DNA of 63,124 nt, counting the filler, from Octopus bimaculoides (taxonomy: Eukaryota): NCBI RefSeq assembly GCF_001194135.2. It is 6 parts of 6 records of this genome, joined end to end, with 100 filler letters (N's around TTAATTAATTAA, not from the genome) between each part and the next. Parts side by side here need not be neighbours in the genome. Positions count along the whole stretch, not along the records: positions 1 to 16,755 come from NC_068992.1; positions 16,856 to 47,108 come from NC_068994.1; 4 more parts are not named here. The stretch is one strand, 5' to 3'. A program made the position numbers and the translations under genes. Below, piece after piece: positions 13,037-25,500 of the stretch. Each line of letters starts with the position of its first letter. Within the stretch, counting starts at the first letter, position 1. The notes below the pieces were generated by a model. The model saw only the letters and a list, made by a program, of their open reading frames with translations. It had not been told where the DNA came from and did no database searches.

Positions 13037-13659
13037 ATTATATGTATTTCTTCTATCTTAATGAATAAAAATTCTTCGGATAGAATAAATGGGTTAATAG
13101 AAACCAATGTAGCAAAGAACACAAAATAACTGTGGTGTAGTTCCTGTTTTTAAGNNNNNNNNNNNNNNNNNNNNNNNNNNNNNNNNNNNNNNNNNNNNNN
13201 NNNNNNNNNNNNNNNNNNNNNNNNNNNNNNNNNNNNNNNNNNNNNNNNNNNNNNNNNNNNNNNNNNNNNNNNNNNNNNNNNNNNNNNNNNNNNNNNNNNN
13301 NNNNNNNNNNNNNNNNNNNNNNNNNNNNNNNNNNNNNNNNNNNNNNNNNNNNNNNNNNNNNNNNNNNNNNNNNNNNNNNNNNNNNNTATTCCTACATATG
13401 TTTCAAAGGATTACAACCTGTGTGATCCATAGGGATCTGTGATATTAAAATTGTAACCTTCTCTTCAGGGAATGCATGGGAATCATCTTAAACGTAAGAC
13501 ATTATGACCGAGATGATTCCCATGCATTCCCTGAAGAGAAGGTTACAATTTTAATATCACAGATCCCTATGGATCACACAGGTTGTAATCCTTTGAAACA
13601 TATGTAGGAATAAAGTATGCAATTATAACATGCGTTTTCTCCATTCCTTAAATGTTTAA

Positions 13660-13694
<35 letters not shown>

Positions 13695-14023
13695 AACAGA
13701 ATAGATAGATACATAGGTAATAGGGACATACAAGCACACATACACATCACACAGACATACACAAATGAAGACTGAAACACATGACCATATACACAGAGGC
13801 ACACTCCACACACACCGACAAGGACACATATGGAGTCACATCTAAACATAACAGACGCGCATACATAGTCACACAAACCCATGTACATAGACACATTCAA
13901 ACATACACACACAAATACACACACAAACCAATACACATACACAAATAGACACACACACACAAACACACAAATATGAACACACAAACACATGAACATGCAG
14001 ATACATACAAACGTATACACAAG

Positions 14024-14064
<41 letters not shown>

Positions 14065-14227
14065 NNNNNNNNNNNNNNNNNNNNNNNNNNNNNNNNNNNN
14101 NNNNNNNNNNNNNNNNNNNNNNNNNNNNNNNNNNNNNNNNNNNNNNNNNNNNNNNNNNNNNNNNNNNNNNNNNNNNNNNNNNNNNNNNNNNNNNNNNNNN
14201 NTATATATATATATATATTTATATATA

Positions 14228-15522
14228 CAGTGTGTCCACAAAAACACTCCCTGATTTCCCGATGTTATGATATTTAAACTAATTCAAAGATATTGATAAA
14301 CATTTTCTGAACTGATTCTCTAACAACAGTTTTTTTCATTTTTTTTCAGATGATTAGACATCTTTGACCTGAAAACTGCAGGGATGCAAAGAATTCTAAA
14401 AATGGCTGGCATTCCACAGCAACGCTGCTGGTGTGCACTGGAATTTGCAAAGTCAAATAGTGCTGTGGCCGTGCAACGTGCTTTCATACTCAAATATCAT
14501 ACGATTCCACCAACACCCATTCCATTCGGAAATGGCACAAAGATTTTAGTCACAAAAGGTTTATCTGTGATCAGAGAAAGGGACATTCTGACCGGCCATC
14601 ACTCTTAGAGGTAGTTATTGATTGAATTAGTAGAAAATTTGTGTATAGCTTCAAAAAATATGTATGAAGTTCTAACGAGGAATTACACCTCTCCAAAAGT
14701 AGTTTGGAAGATCCTACACAAAAACCTAAAGTTTCATCCTTACAAGCTGCAGTTAATCCAAAGCTCCATCCGAAAGATAATGGAATGCGATTTGGTTTAT
14801 GTGAGTATATCCTGCAATTAAATGGAAGATAATGATAACTTGCTGTCAAAAATCATTTTCAGTGATGACACGATATTTCACTTGAACTGCAAAGTCAATA
14901 GGCATAATGTGCGGATATGGGGCCTTGAACGCTTGCATGCTACCCAGGAAATTGAGCAAGACTCCCAAAAGTTGTTTTGTGGAGTATCAGAGAGGACAGT
15001 GTATGACACTTTCTTCTTTGAGGGAGGAACTGTTACTGAGCAAAGTTGTCTGGAGATGCTGACCAATTCGATGTTTCCACAACTAGGTGCTGGTGGTGCT
15101 CCACTGCACTGGCATCTCACTATCAGATTTCTCACAGGACGAGGTGATCAGGTGTTTTGCAAGTGGCCTGCGAGGTCACTGGATATAACATTTTGCGACT
15201 TCTTTCTTTAGTGGGTATATGAAGAGCACAGTTTACGTACCACCACTACCTGCAACATTAGAGGAGCTGAAAATTTCGATCACTGAAGCAGTTTGCATGA
15301 TAACTCCAGATATACTGCTGAACGTCTGAACCAAACTGAACTATCACATCGATGTTTTCCGAGTAACCAGAGGGGCATATATGGAATGCCTTTCATGCTA
15401 CCCTCTACTATATGAAATTGAATGAAATCCTGCATCTGAACTGTGAAAAAGTGAAAGATCATTACAATAAATTTACATGTTACACCTGTTTGAAATCAGG
15501 GAGTGTTTTTGTATAAACCTTG
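14228..15522 (+). mobile_element. Full-length but decayed mariner-type (DDD) transposon, rosa/maT-like
   Basis: TIRs share CAAAAACACTCCCTGATTTC at both ends with TA flanks; length is ~1.3 kb. Broken ORFs encode QRCWCALEFAKSNSAVAVQRAF, IIFSDDTIFHLNCKVNRHNVRIW, GAPLH and WPARSLDITFCDFFL. Confidence 0.9.
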
Positions 15523-15604
15523 TATATATGCATAAACACATACCTGCAAATACTCACATACATACATACATACATACATAATTACATGCATACATTCACA
15601 CATA

Positions 15605-16755
15605 CACTAGTTGGACAAAATAATGGAAACATTTCAAATTTATTTCAATACGGGGTCGGACCGCCTTTGGCAGTAATTACAGCTTGAATTCTACGAGGTA
15701 TGGACTCGTATATTTTTTGAACTGTTTCCAAAGGAATTATTGTCCATTCTTCAGTTAAAACAGTCTCCAGTTTTCGTAGTGATAATGGTAGAGGATATCA
15801 CCTCCTTAATATTGCAATCTGGGGATAATATTGCAATATGTACAACTTCACTAGAATGTTCCTCGCGCCGTTCAGAAACAAATTTAGCTGTGTGAATTGG
15901 TGCATTATCATCCTGAAAGATTGCGTTTGCATCCGGAAACAGTTCCGCACTCATAGGATGAATTTGATTAGATAAAATGCTTAAATAGTCTTAACTATTA
16001 ATTCTGCCATGAAGGTAAACCATTGGGCCGGCGGATTTCCAAGATATAGTCCCCCAGATCATCACAGAGCCTCCTCTATGTTTAACAGTTGGAAGAAGGC
16101 AGTCTAGGTCAAATGTTTCTTTTGACTGTCTCCACACGTATACTCGGCCGGTGGTCGGATATAACGTAAAGGATGACTTGTCCGAGAAAATAACATTCTT
16201 CCACTGCTCTAGGGACCAATTCTGTAGGTTTGTACTTCACTCTAAAAGCTTTGCAACGTCTGTTTTTGAAAGTAGCGATTTTCTGATTGCAGCCCTCCCA
16301 TGAGATCCGGCTTTGTGCAGCTCCCGTCGAATAGTTTTTGTAGAAACTGGGTTCTTGAGGTGGTCATTAAGCTCTGCAGTAATTTTGGGAGCTGTACTTT
16401 TGTGATTCTTCCTAAAAATTCGAGTGAGAGTCCGTCGGTCTCTATCTGAAGTTTTGGTCTTCTTTCGGAGTTTTGTTTCCACAAGGAGNNNNNNNNNNAC
16501 AGTACTTCTTGATACATCAAACATTTCGGCTGCTTTCGTTACGCTGTGAACACCAACAATTTGACCTCTTTGAAAGTCTGATACATCTGTCATTTTAATG
16601 AATTTTAATTACCTTTTTCTGATGATATCTGAAAAGATACAGAAATCTTGGCAAAACATATTAAGCAACGCTAATAATAAATAAAAACAAACAAAACTAA
16701 AATAACCTTTTGACGGTCTTATAGATATTTCAAAATTATGATGCTATGATGCTAT
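15605..16755 (-). mobile_element. Decayed Tc1-type (DDE) transposon
   Basis: Minus-strand ORF pieces are DVSDFQRGQIVG...VSRST, TSDRDRRTL...TIRRELHKAG..GRAAIRK and AIFQDDNAPIHTAK. One end TA-CACTAGTTGGACAAAATAATGGAAACA is at 15605; the other end runs into the gap. Confidence 0.9.
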
Positions 16756-16855
16756 NNNNNNNNNNNNNNNNNNNNNNNNNNNNNNNNNNNNNNNNNNNNT
16801 TAATTAATTAANNNNNNNNNNNNNNNNNNNNNNNNNNNNNNNNNNNNNNNNNNNN
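16756..16855. other. Artificial scaffold join 44N-TTAATTAATTAA-44N
   Basis: Identical 100-bp construct at 16756-16855, 47109-47208, 50045-50144, 58123-58222 and 60933-61032. The 12-mer is palindromic with stops in all six frames. Confidence 0.92.
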
Positions 16856-16910
<55 letters not shown>

Positions 16911-17526
16911 CATATATATATATATACATACACACACACACATATATGCACATGCACACACAGACGCACATATTAACTTCCACTCTCCCACCTTTGCACA
17001 GGTCAGATGGAATTTTTTTCAGTGGTCTTCAGAGCATTACGAGTTCCGCATTTTCATGAAGAGGGCTTACACAAAACACCCAGTAAGACTGTAAGGGTTA
17101 ATAAAAAAAATACCTCTAAATATTGTTAACGGCCATCATCAGACATCACACAGTTGCGTCTAGATGCCCATAACTTAACAAAGTTGTCAAATAACAGAGA
17201 ATCTATAAACAAGAGGATTTATTACATGACAGATATTGAAGAAAATACACCATTTAGAATGTTACTATGGAAACAGTACAAGTAATCATGTAAGTAAGAT
17301 GATTCAAATATTTAGCGCTGACATTTCTGCCATCAAGTTCTAAGTCGTTTCTTCTCTCTCTCTCTATCTCTCTCTCTCTCTCTCTCCCTCCCTCTTCATC
17401 CTTCCCTCTATTTTCCTCTCTTTCTGTCTGTTTCTCCCTATTTTTCTTTCTCATGACAAAAAGACAACCTATATACAATCAATCAGCGTGCAAGTAAAAT
17501 CTCCCTCATATTACCCCCTACCATCT

Positions 17527-17690
17527 TTAACCCTTTAGCGTTTAAACTGGCCGTATCTGGCCCAAAAATTTTACTTGTTTTATGTTCAAAATGGCCAGAT
17601 CTGGCCTCTCACATCTACCCTACAATGTCATTCTAAAAATAAACAATCACATTTTTGAAATTTTATAAATGCATGATGACCATAAAAACC
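17527..17690 (+). mobile_element. TTAA-flanked MITE family (piggyBac-like ends)
   Basis: Starts TTAACCCTTTAGCGTTTAAACTGGCC. Related copies lie at 20575-20736 (minus, ends GCTAAAGGGTTAA) and 35290-35480 (ends AATGCCAAAAGGTTAA). Confidence 0.65.
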
Positions 17691-18446
17691 CATGTAATTT
17701 ATGCACTTTTTTCCACAAAAACAAAAATAAACCTTAGTGGGTGTGTAAATTACATGAGTAGATCGTTTCCAGAAACTTTTTAAAAATTTGTTTTGTTGAA
17801 AAATGATGTACAAAAGTAAACATTCATATCAGAAGTTGACTCATTTAATGTCAAAATAGATTTTTACAGAAAAAATATAATGAAGTTGACTTTTATTTAT
17901 GCTGGACAGTATAATGCTTACTTTTTCTGTATAAATTTATTAAAACCATTAAATGGTTAACTACTTTTTGAAGTTTGACGTTCATGCTGGTCTGGGCCAT
18001 ATTTTACTGCATTTAATACCAACGACAACATCATAATTCATCCTTGCGCATGTAAATTCACTAAATGAATATGACTTGGCATTCCTACAGAAACCTTAAT
18101 TTACCTTATACAGTGTTTAATGTCGTTTCACATTCATGTTGAATTATGCAGCAATCTTATGTTCTCTTCATAGACCACTTATAATGTATGTATTACCAGT
18201 TCTTTTGGTATAGTAGATTTTTGCTATTCTTGTTTATGTTTCCTAACAGACATGTATATTCTAACAAGTTGCTTCTTAAATTTCACACCTCTCTTGCTCA
18301 ATAAACACTGAGTTAAACTTGCAAAGTTGTTTATTTTCTCCTTTCAATTTTAAATGTTTATTTTAGCGAGTTACCAGACTATCAGTTTGGTCTCCCAGCT
18401 AAAATGGTAATGACAAATTTTTAAGTTTGCTTGACATTTTATAAGT

Positions 18447-18623
18447 GTGAAAGGCCTCTCCGAAAAGGTACAAAAGATATGTGGCCCATATGACATCAGG
18501 ACAGTATTCAAGAGTAATACAACACTTCACAAATATCTCCTCCAAGTAAAACCACCAATAGAAAAGAATTTGACCAAAGACTGCATGTACGCCATCCCAT
18601 GCAGTTGTGGTAGTGAAACATAC
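18447..18623 (+). mobile_element. Penelope-like retroelement fragment (region leading into the GIY-YIG endonuclease)
   Basis: GLSEKVQKIC..YDIRTVFKSNTTLHKYLLQVKP...CMYAIPCSCG matches the segment preceding and containing the first GIY motif of PLE ORFs. It is truncated before YIG. Confidence 0.7.
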
Positions 18624-18927
18624 CCCCCCCCCACTCAAAATTATCATCATTATTATTATTTTAGTTTCTACTTTTCCATGCCTGCATGGGCTAGATGAAG
18701 TTTATTCAGGAATTGAGGAAGAGTTTCTATGGCTAGATGCCATTCCTGTCACCCACACTCAATTGTTTCCCAGCAAGGTAATGTTTCCCCATAACCAAAC
18801 GTGTTTTCACTGATATTCAAAATGAAAGGCATTCATTTACGAAAATCACATGATGTCAAGAGGAGACTTAAACATACATACATACAATCAGACAGATAAA
18901 TAGATTGACATACGTGTGTTTGTGGGT

Positions 18928-18971
<44 letters not shown>

Positions 18972-20016
18972 ATATATACATTATATATACATATATGTGC
19001 ATGCATATATATATATATATAAATTGTANNNNNNNNNNTAAATTGTAAATCCCAAAAATAACAACAAAAATATAAAGGATTCCGCAGAATCCTTTGTATT
19101 TTTGTTGTTATTTTTGGGATTTACAATTTATTCTTTCACCTCAACCACGAGCTGGCATACACAGGTGCTTACAATTGTCAAGTATTACCTCTACATTTTA
19201 CTTTATATATATATATATATATATATATACATACATACACACATATATACATACATATATATACATTATATATGTATGTATATATATATATATACACACA
19301 TGTAACTTTCACATCAACCAACTTGGTGCAACACAGTGGGACTGAACCTTCAGCAAACTCCTGAACCACACAGCCACTCCAACCCCAAAATGATAAAAGG
19401 CAAAGTTGACTTTGGAGGGCTTTGAAAACAGAACCCACAGCATTTTATCTGATACTCACAGAATCCATTCTACTTGCAGCTTCCAAAGCGATATACTGTA
19501 ACTAAATAACAATACAATATATATCATAACAGCCCAATTTTTTATGTAGCCACTTTTGCTCTTGCTATTCTACATTCCACAATTTGATTCCATTCAAGCA
19601 ACTTTCATGGAGGAGTTATTAACTGTTATGAATAATTATTTTAGAGAAGAGCTAAGATTCAGGTGTTTGACAAAGCTCTCAAGGATTTTGTTTACTTCTT
19701 TGAGTAAGAAAATTTCTATAGGTTTTCATCTCATTTTATTTCTCCCTTTCTTCTCTTTTCTTGCCCACTTTTTTTTCTTCTCTATCCTAAAGATTGAAAT
19801 TCTCATCAAAAATTTTTATTTATCAATCATATAATTTATACACATAACCACACATTCACAACATGCATAGACAAATACACACACACACACACGTGTGTGC
19901 ATGTGTGTATGTGTTTTGTACGTATATATATGTGTATGTGGGGGTGTGTGTGTCTTTGTGTGGTGTGTGTGTATGTGTATATGTACACATACACACATAT
20001 ATCATATGATTATAGA

Positions 20017-20129
<113 letters not shown>

Positions 20130-20227
20130 ACACATTCTTGAGCATTTGTTTTTCACACTTACTATGGACTGTTTAAAGCTTACAAACTTCCTATGCTTAG
20201 ATCATTGTATCTAATAATTACATATCA

Positions 20228-20259
<32 letters not shown>

Positions 20260-20271
20260 ATATATATACAT

Positions 20272-20348
<77 letters not shown>

Positions 20349-22245
20349 GGCAGACAGACAGACAGGTACGGAGAGACAGAGATAAAGGGGACAGTACATG
20401 TAATCATGTAAGTCAGAAAATTCTTACAATTCACACATACATTTCTGCCATCAAATAGAAGTCAGGGTATAGACAAATTGCCACATTTAATAAAATTAGG
20501 ATGCTTTAAACTCTTTCACCCTTTTGTATTCAAATAATTCTGTCAAATTTAATACTTATTTATTCACATTGTTTTAATTAATGTGTTATCTTGTAACTTT
20601 AAGATTTCCATGATGCAATTGTATATTTTTTAAATGACATTGTAACATACATGTAAGAGGCCAGATCTTGACTGTTTGAGCATGAAACAGGTAGAAGATC
20701 TGGGCCAGATATGGCCAGTTTAAATGCTAAAGGGTTAAACTTACTTAATTCTGTCAAAGAAAGAATTATATGGACGTAAAATTTTTTTGTCTTCTCATTA
20801 ATAAAATTTTGGGGGAAGATGGAGTTTCTCAAATATCATTTTTTTTTTTTGTAAGTATTACCTGGTATTTGTCAGTTTGAAGACACCTGCTATAATGTCA
20901 TAATGTCATTATTTTGTCCAAGTACCAAACCTAATTAATGATCGAATTCAATTTTATTAGTTTTTGTTTTGTCCCTGTTTTCTATATACTACTTGAAAGT
21001 TACTGAGGCAATTCCTGAATTTTCATTTTGCTGATTTTGATATTAGCGTATTTTTTTTTTTCCTGCAGACTTACATGTTTGTCTCTGTAGTTCAATGAGA
21101 TTTGTTCACAAGATATTCTAGCCATAACCATATTGCCTTCTTTTAGACATACTGTTCAACAATTTCAAGTTTACATTGTACATTCGGATAAGGAGACACA
21201 AGTACATATGTATGTACATACACACATACACACAATTTCTTTCACTTTCTATGAATCAAATCCATTCAAAAGACTTTGGTTGGGCCTGGGCTATAGTAGA
21301 GGACACTTGGCCAAGATGACACTCAGTGGAACTGAACCAGAAACCATGTAATTGAGAAGCAAACTTCTTAATCACACAATCATGCCTTCACATCACAACA
21401 AAACACAGTTATGCATAACAAAGTAAGTTACAGAATTTTACACCAAAAACCACTCAAATATTTATCACAATAGAGCTTAGCATGTGTCATAAAGTTCATC
21501 AATGTCACTGAGTTGTACAGGTTTTGTTTGTGAAATACACACAACAATCAGCATGGCTGATACTATATAAACTAACATTTCTTGATGTTAGTTTATATAG
21601 TGTTATTCTTGATGATGGACCTTTTAACCTGAACTATAAAAAGGTTATTAAACTTTTCCTGTTGCATTGTAAGTTCTCCATCCTTACTATTATATTATTA
21701 TATACTGGCATTTATCACATTGAAAGCAATATAGGCTTGGTCACAATTTATCATATATACATCACAAAAAAAAAAAAATAATAACACAATAGAATTTGTG
21801 ATGTAGTATCTAATTCTAGTTTATGCCACAATGAAACATTTATACATGTTACAATGAGTCAATAAACAATGTCACAAAGTAAGTGTTGCAAGTTTGGATT
21901 ACAAAGCAACATAGGAGTGTGGATTGATAGAATATTTTTCAGTGATTCAGTTTATCAATTCTCCTTGACATTAGTGGAATTGTGGAAAAAAAGCATTATG
22001 ACTACTAATTTAGAAATAAACATCTCTTGTTCAAGTCCAGTTGAATGCTATCTACATTTCCAGGATTATGACAACTAGTGAAGTTCAAAGAACAAAGCGA
22101 ACAAAATGTAATCATCTTCATCAACATCATCAACAGCTTTTCATGCTGGCATGTGTTGGATGGGTCATTTAGCTCTTATTCATAGTCACTGTCATCATAG
22201 ACATAGTTTTGAGTATCACATCTTGCTTGCATGTTAGTGTAGAAT

Positions 22246-22500
22246 TAGTGGTTCTCAACCAGGGTCCACATGACCTTTGGAATTCTATATAGGTCTTTAT
22301 TGTTAAAATTTATGTGCACTAAATTGGTTATACTTCTACAACACACAAAATATTTGAACAACTTTTTTATATAATTCCTGAAAATATATGATTATAAAAA
22401 TATAATAGGATTTTTTAAAATATTGAATGGCTATGAGGGTCCATCCAAGTAAAATAAGAACCAAAGAGGTCTATAGGCAAAAAATGGTTGAGAACCACTG
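22246..22500. mobile_element. hAT-type MITE
   Basis: TIRs are TAGTGGTTCTCAACC and GGTTGAGAACCACTG. A second copy in opposite orientation lies at 35731-35984. Confidence 0.8.
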
Positions 22501-25500
22501 ATGCAAATGTAAATATTGAGAGAAAGAGGCTTCATTTTCAAATATGAACTTAATAATAAAAAAAAAAACGAAAAGAAAAGATAATCTTATTAACAACAAC
22601 TCATCTTAGAGACGTTTAATTTATTCTGATTGACAATTCAATGAAAGTATAATGAACTTTAGAAATGTGAATAATGATTTATTTTTTTAGTAGCCACAAG
22701 GATTTCTCCTTTCATATGAACCAATATTGATATATATTTTTGTTATATTGTTTCACTTTGCAAGTCAATAATTGACTGCTATATTGAAAGGAATTCTCAA
22801 CTTCCAGGCTAAAATTTTTCCTTCTGCTTTTATGTTTAGTTCCAGGTTTCATAGAGCAGACCTCAGATCAAAGCATTCCATCCATAACCAGCTAACCAGC
22901 AAAGCAGAGTTTTTGTAATTTTTTTTCTTAGAGATAGTGCATCTTAGGCTATGTTATCTAATGTATTTTTTCCTTCATAAGGCAGTCTAGGTGGAGGGAA
23001 GATTTGGTTGCTATTTCTAGTAGTTCAAGTTAACATTTAAATAGGCTCTTTCGTGGATTTATTTATGCATTGTTTATTTTATATGGTATATGTATAATGT
23101 TAACTTTGATTTATTCTTGAAGAGACTGGATTCTGATTTTCAAATTTATGGCTAGAGTTTTGTTTACAATTTTGTTTTTTCCTGGTTGCTCTGGGGAGAA
23201 TGTTTTGATGATGATAGAGTATCAGTGACCAAGTTGTGAATGTGTAACAAAAGATTCTTAATAATATATTCTAAATGAATACATTTTAAACAACAAATAT
23301 AATTCTGTTCTTGTTTTTACTTTCAGTATAGGAACTGAGATAGAATTACTTGGCAAACAAAAAAATAAAATAATAAACAAAATGGGATGGTAAAATGATA
23401 CATGAATAACAATATCAATAATAATAATAATAATAATCATAATCATAAGAAGAAAAAGAACAACAACAACAACATTACTGTGGTGGTGGTGGTGACGACG
23501 ACAATGATGAGGAGGCGAAGGGGAGGGGAAGGGGAGGAAGGATTGGTGGAATGCAAGCAGCAAGAGTAGTCTGTGCTATGGAGGCAGCAGCTGCTGAAGT
23601 ATCGGATACAAGGAGAGTAACAGTAGAAAATGCAATGGTAATACCAACTTAAGTTATTGAAATACTTAATGCTTGCAATATCATCATTGTGTTATTGTGA
23701 ACAAAAATATATCATTGAGATTTATACAAATCAGAAAGTTTCATATCCCGAAAACACAAAAAAAAACCAACAAAAAAACATCGTAAATGAAACAAAAAGA
23801 AATTGATCTGTCTTAGTGACAGCATATCAAATAAAGAAATTAAGGAATAATTTCTGTCATTGTGTATTGAGCAATGTTTCTCATAGGAAGTGAGGTTCTG
23901 TAATGATTGAACACAGAGCAGACAAATTGCCTTGTTTTATAAATTTAAGCTGGTTTAAAATTTTTTAAACTTGTTCCCTCTGACTATATTCTCTCTTATG
24001 CTCACTTTCTTGTACCTTGAGATATTGCATAGGCACCCCATCACTAACATATTTATCTTCAACTTCTTACCAACTACTACTACACACTCTTATATAATGT
24101 AGAGTAACCATGCATCTTCTCTATAGCATGACCCCTGTTCTTGTCCTTCTGTCATACTTTTGCCACCTCTCCTTCACTAAATATCCCCCCCCCATACAGA
24201 CACACACACTTAGTTATAGGGCTTTTCCCTTTTCCATTCCTTTTTTGTCTTGTAACTCATTTGGTAACTTCCCTAGTGACAGTAATGTGAAGAAAGTACC
24301 CAGTATACAACTACAAGGTGGTTGGCATTAGGAAGGGCATCCGGTTATAGGAAACATGCCAAAGCTAACAATGGAACTTGGTAAAGCCCTGCAGCAACTG
24401 GATCCTGTCAAACCCATGCCAGGATGGAAAACACATGTTAAATGAGGGTGAATATGACATTCAGCATCATGGTATACAGAAAGAAGAATTATACGGATGC
24501 TAACCCTACATATCTTCTCATTAAAAAAGAGATGGAAGCAAAAAATCGTTTATTTATTTATTTTTTATTTTGTCAATCCTAGTATTTGTCAATTTGAGAA
24601 ATTCTTGATAGGTGCAAGCATGGCTATGTGTCTAATGAAGCCATGCTTTGCAACAACATGGTTTTGGGTTCAATCCCACTTCATTGCACATTGAATAAGT
24701 GTCTTCTACTATAGCCATAGGCCAACCAATGTCCTATGTGTGAATTATGCAAATGAAAACTATGTGGAAGCTTCTCATATGTATATCAATATGTGTGTGT
24801 ATATCTTTATGTCAATGTTTGTTTCTTCACTCCCATCATATGACAATCAGTGTTGGTTTGTTTACATCCCCATAATTTAGCAGTTCAATAAAAAGAAAAA
24901 GCAAACAAACAATAAAATGAATACCAAAATCCTTCAAAGTAGTGCCCCTGTGACCGAAACAAGTGAAAGATAAATGATAAAAGAAATAAGATATGAAGGA
25001 TGGATGCAAGGAAAGATTACAAAATGAAATCTCCAAAACTTGCATATGTCAATTCTCCCTCAACCACATTTTAATTATTATTCTAATGTATTCTTGGTGC
25101 TTATAATGTATAATATCGATCTTAAGCATTATTCCCCTTAAATTTGAAATTTGTAACATTTTTGTATATATTTTCATTCTTTTGCCAATATTAACTAAAA
25201 TGAGATATTTGAATGAGGTAAGATAAAATTGGCTGAAATCTATGGTCTAATATAATTATCAACCAATTATATTTGAATTGTTGAAGAAATCTATAGGATC
25301 TGGAGATAAACCACATAATTTTTAACAAAATGTGAATTTTTCTATGACAGAATGATGGCAGAATGGATGGTACAGATAATTTATCTTCCATCTTGATGAA
25401 GCAGAAGAGGCTGAGATGTGTGTATTTTATGAAATATTCAAAGCTTACAGTAGTCTAGGTGTTTAGGTCAGAGCTTAATGGACAAAAGATCAGAAGTTCA

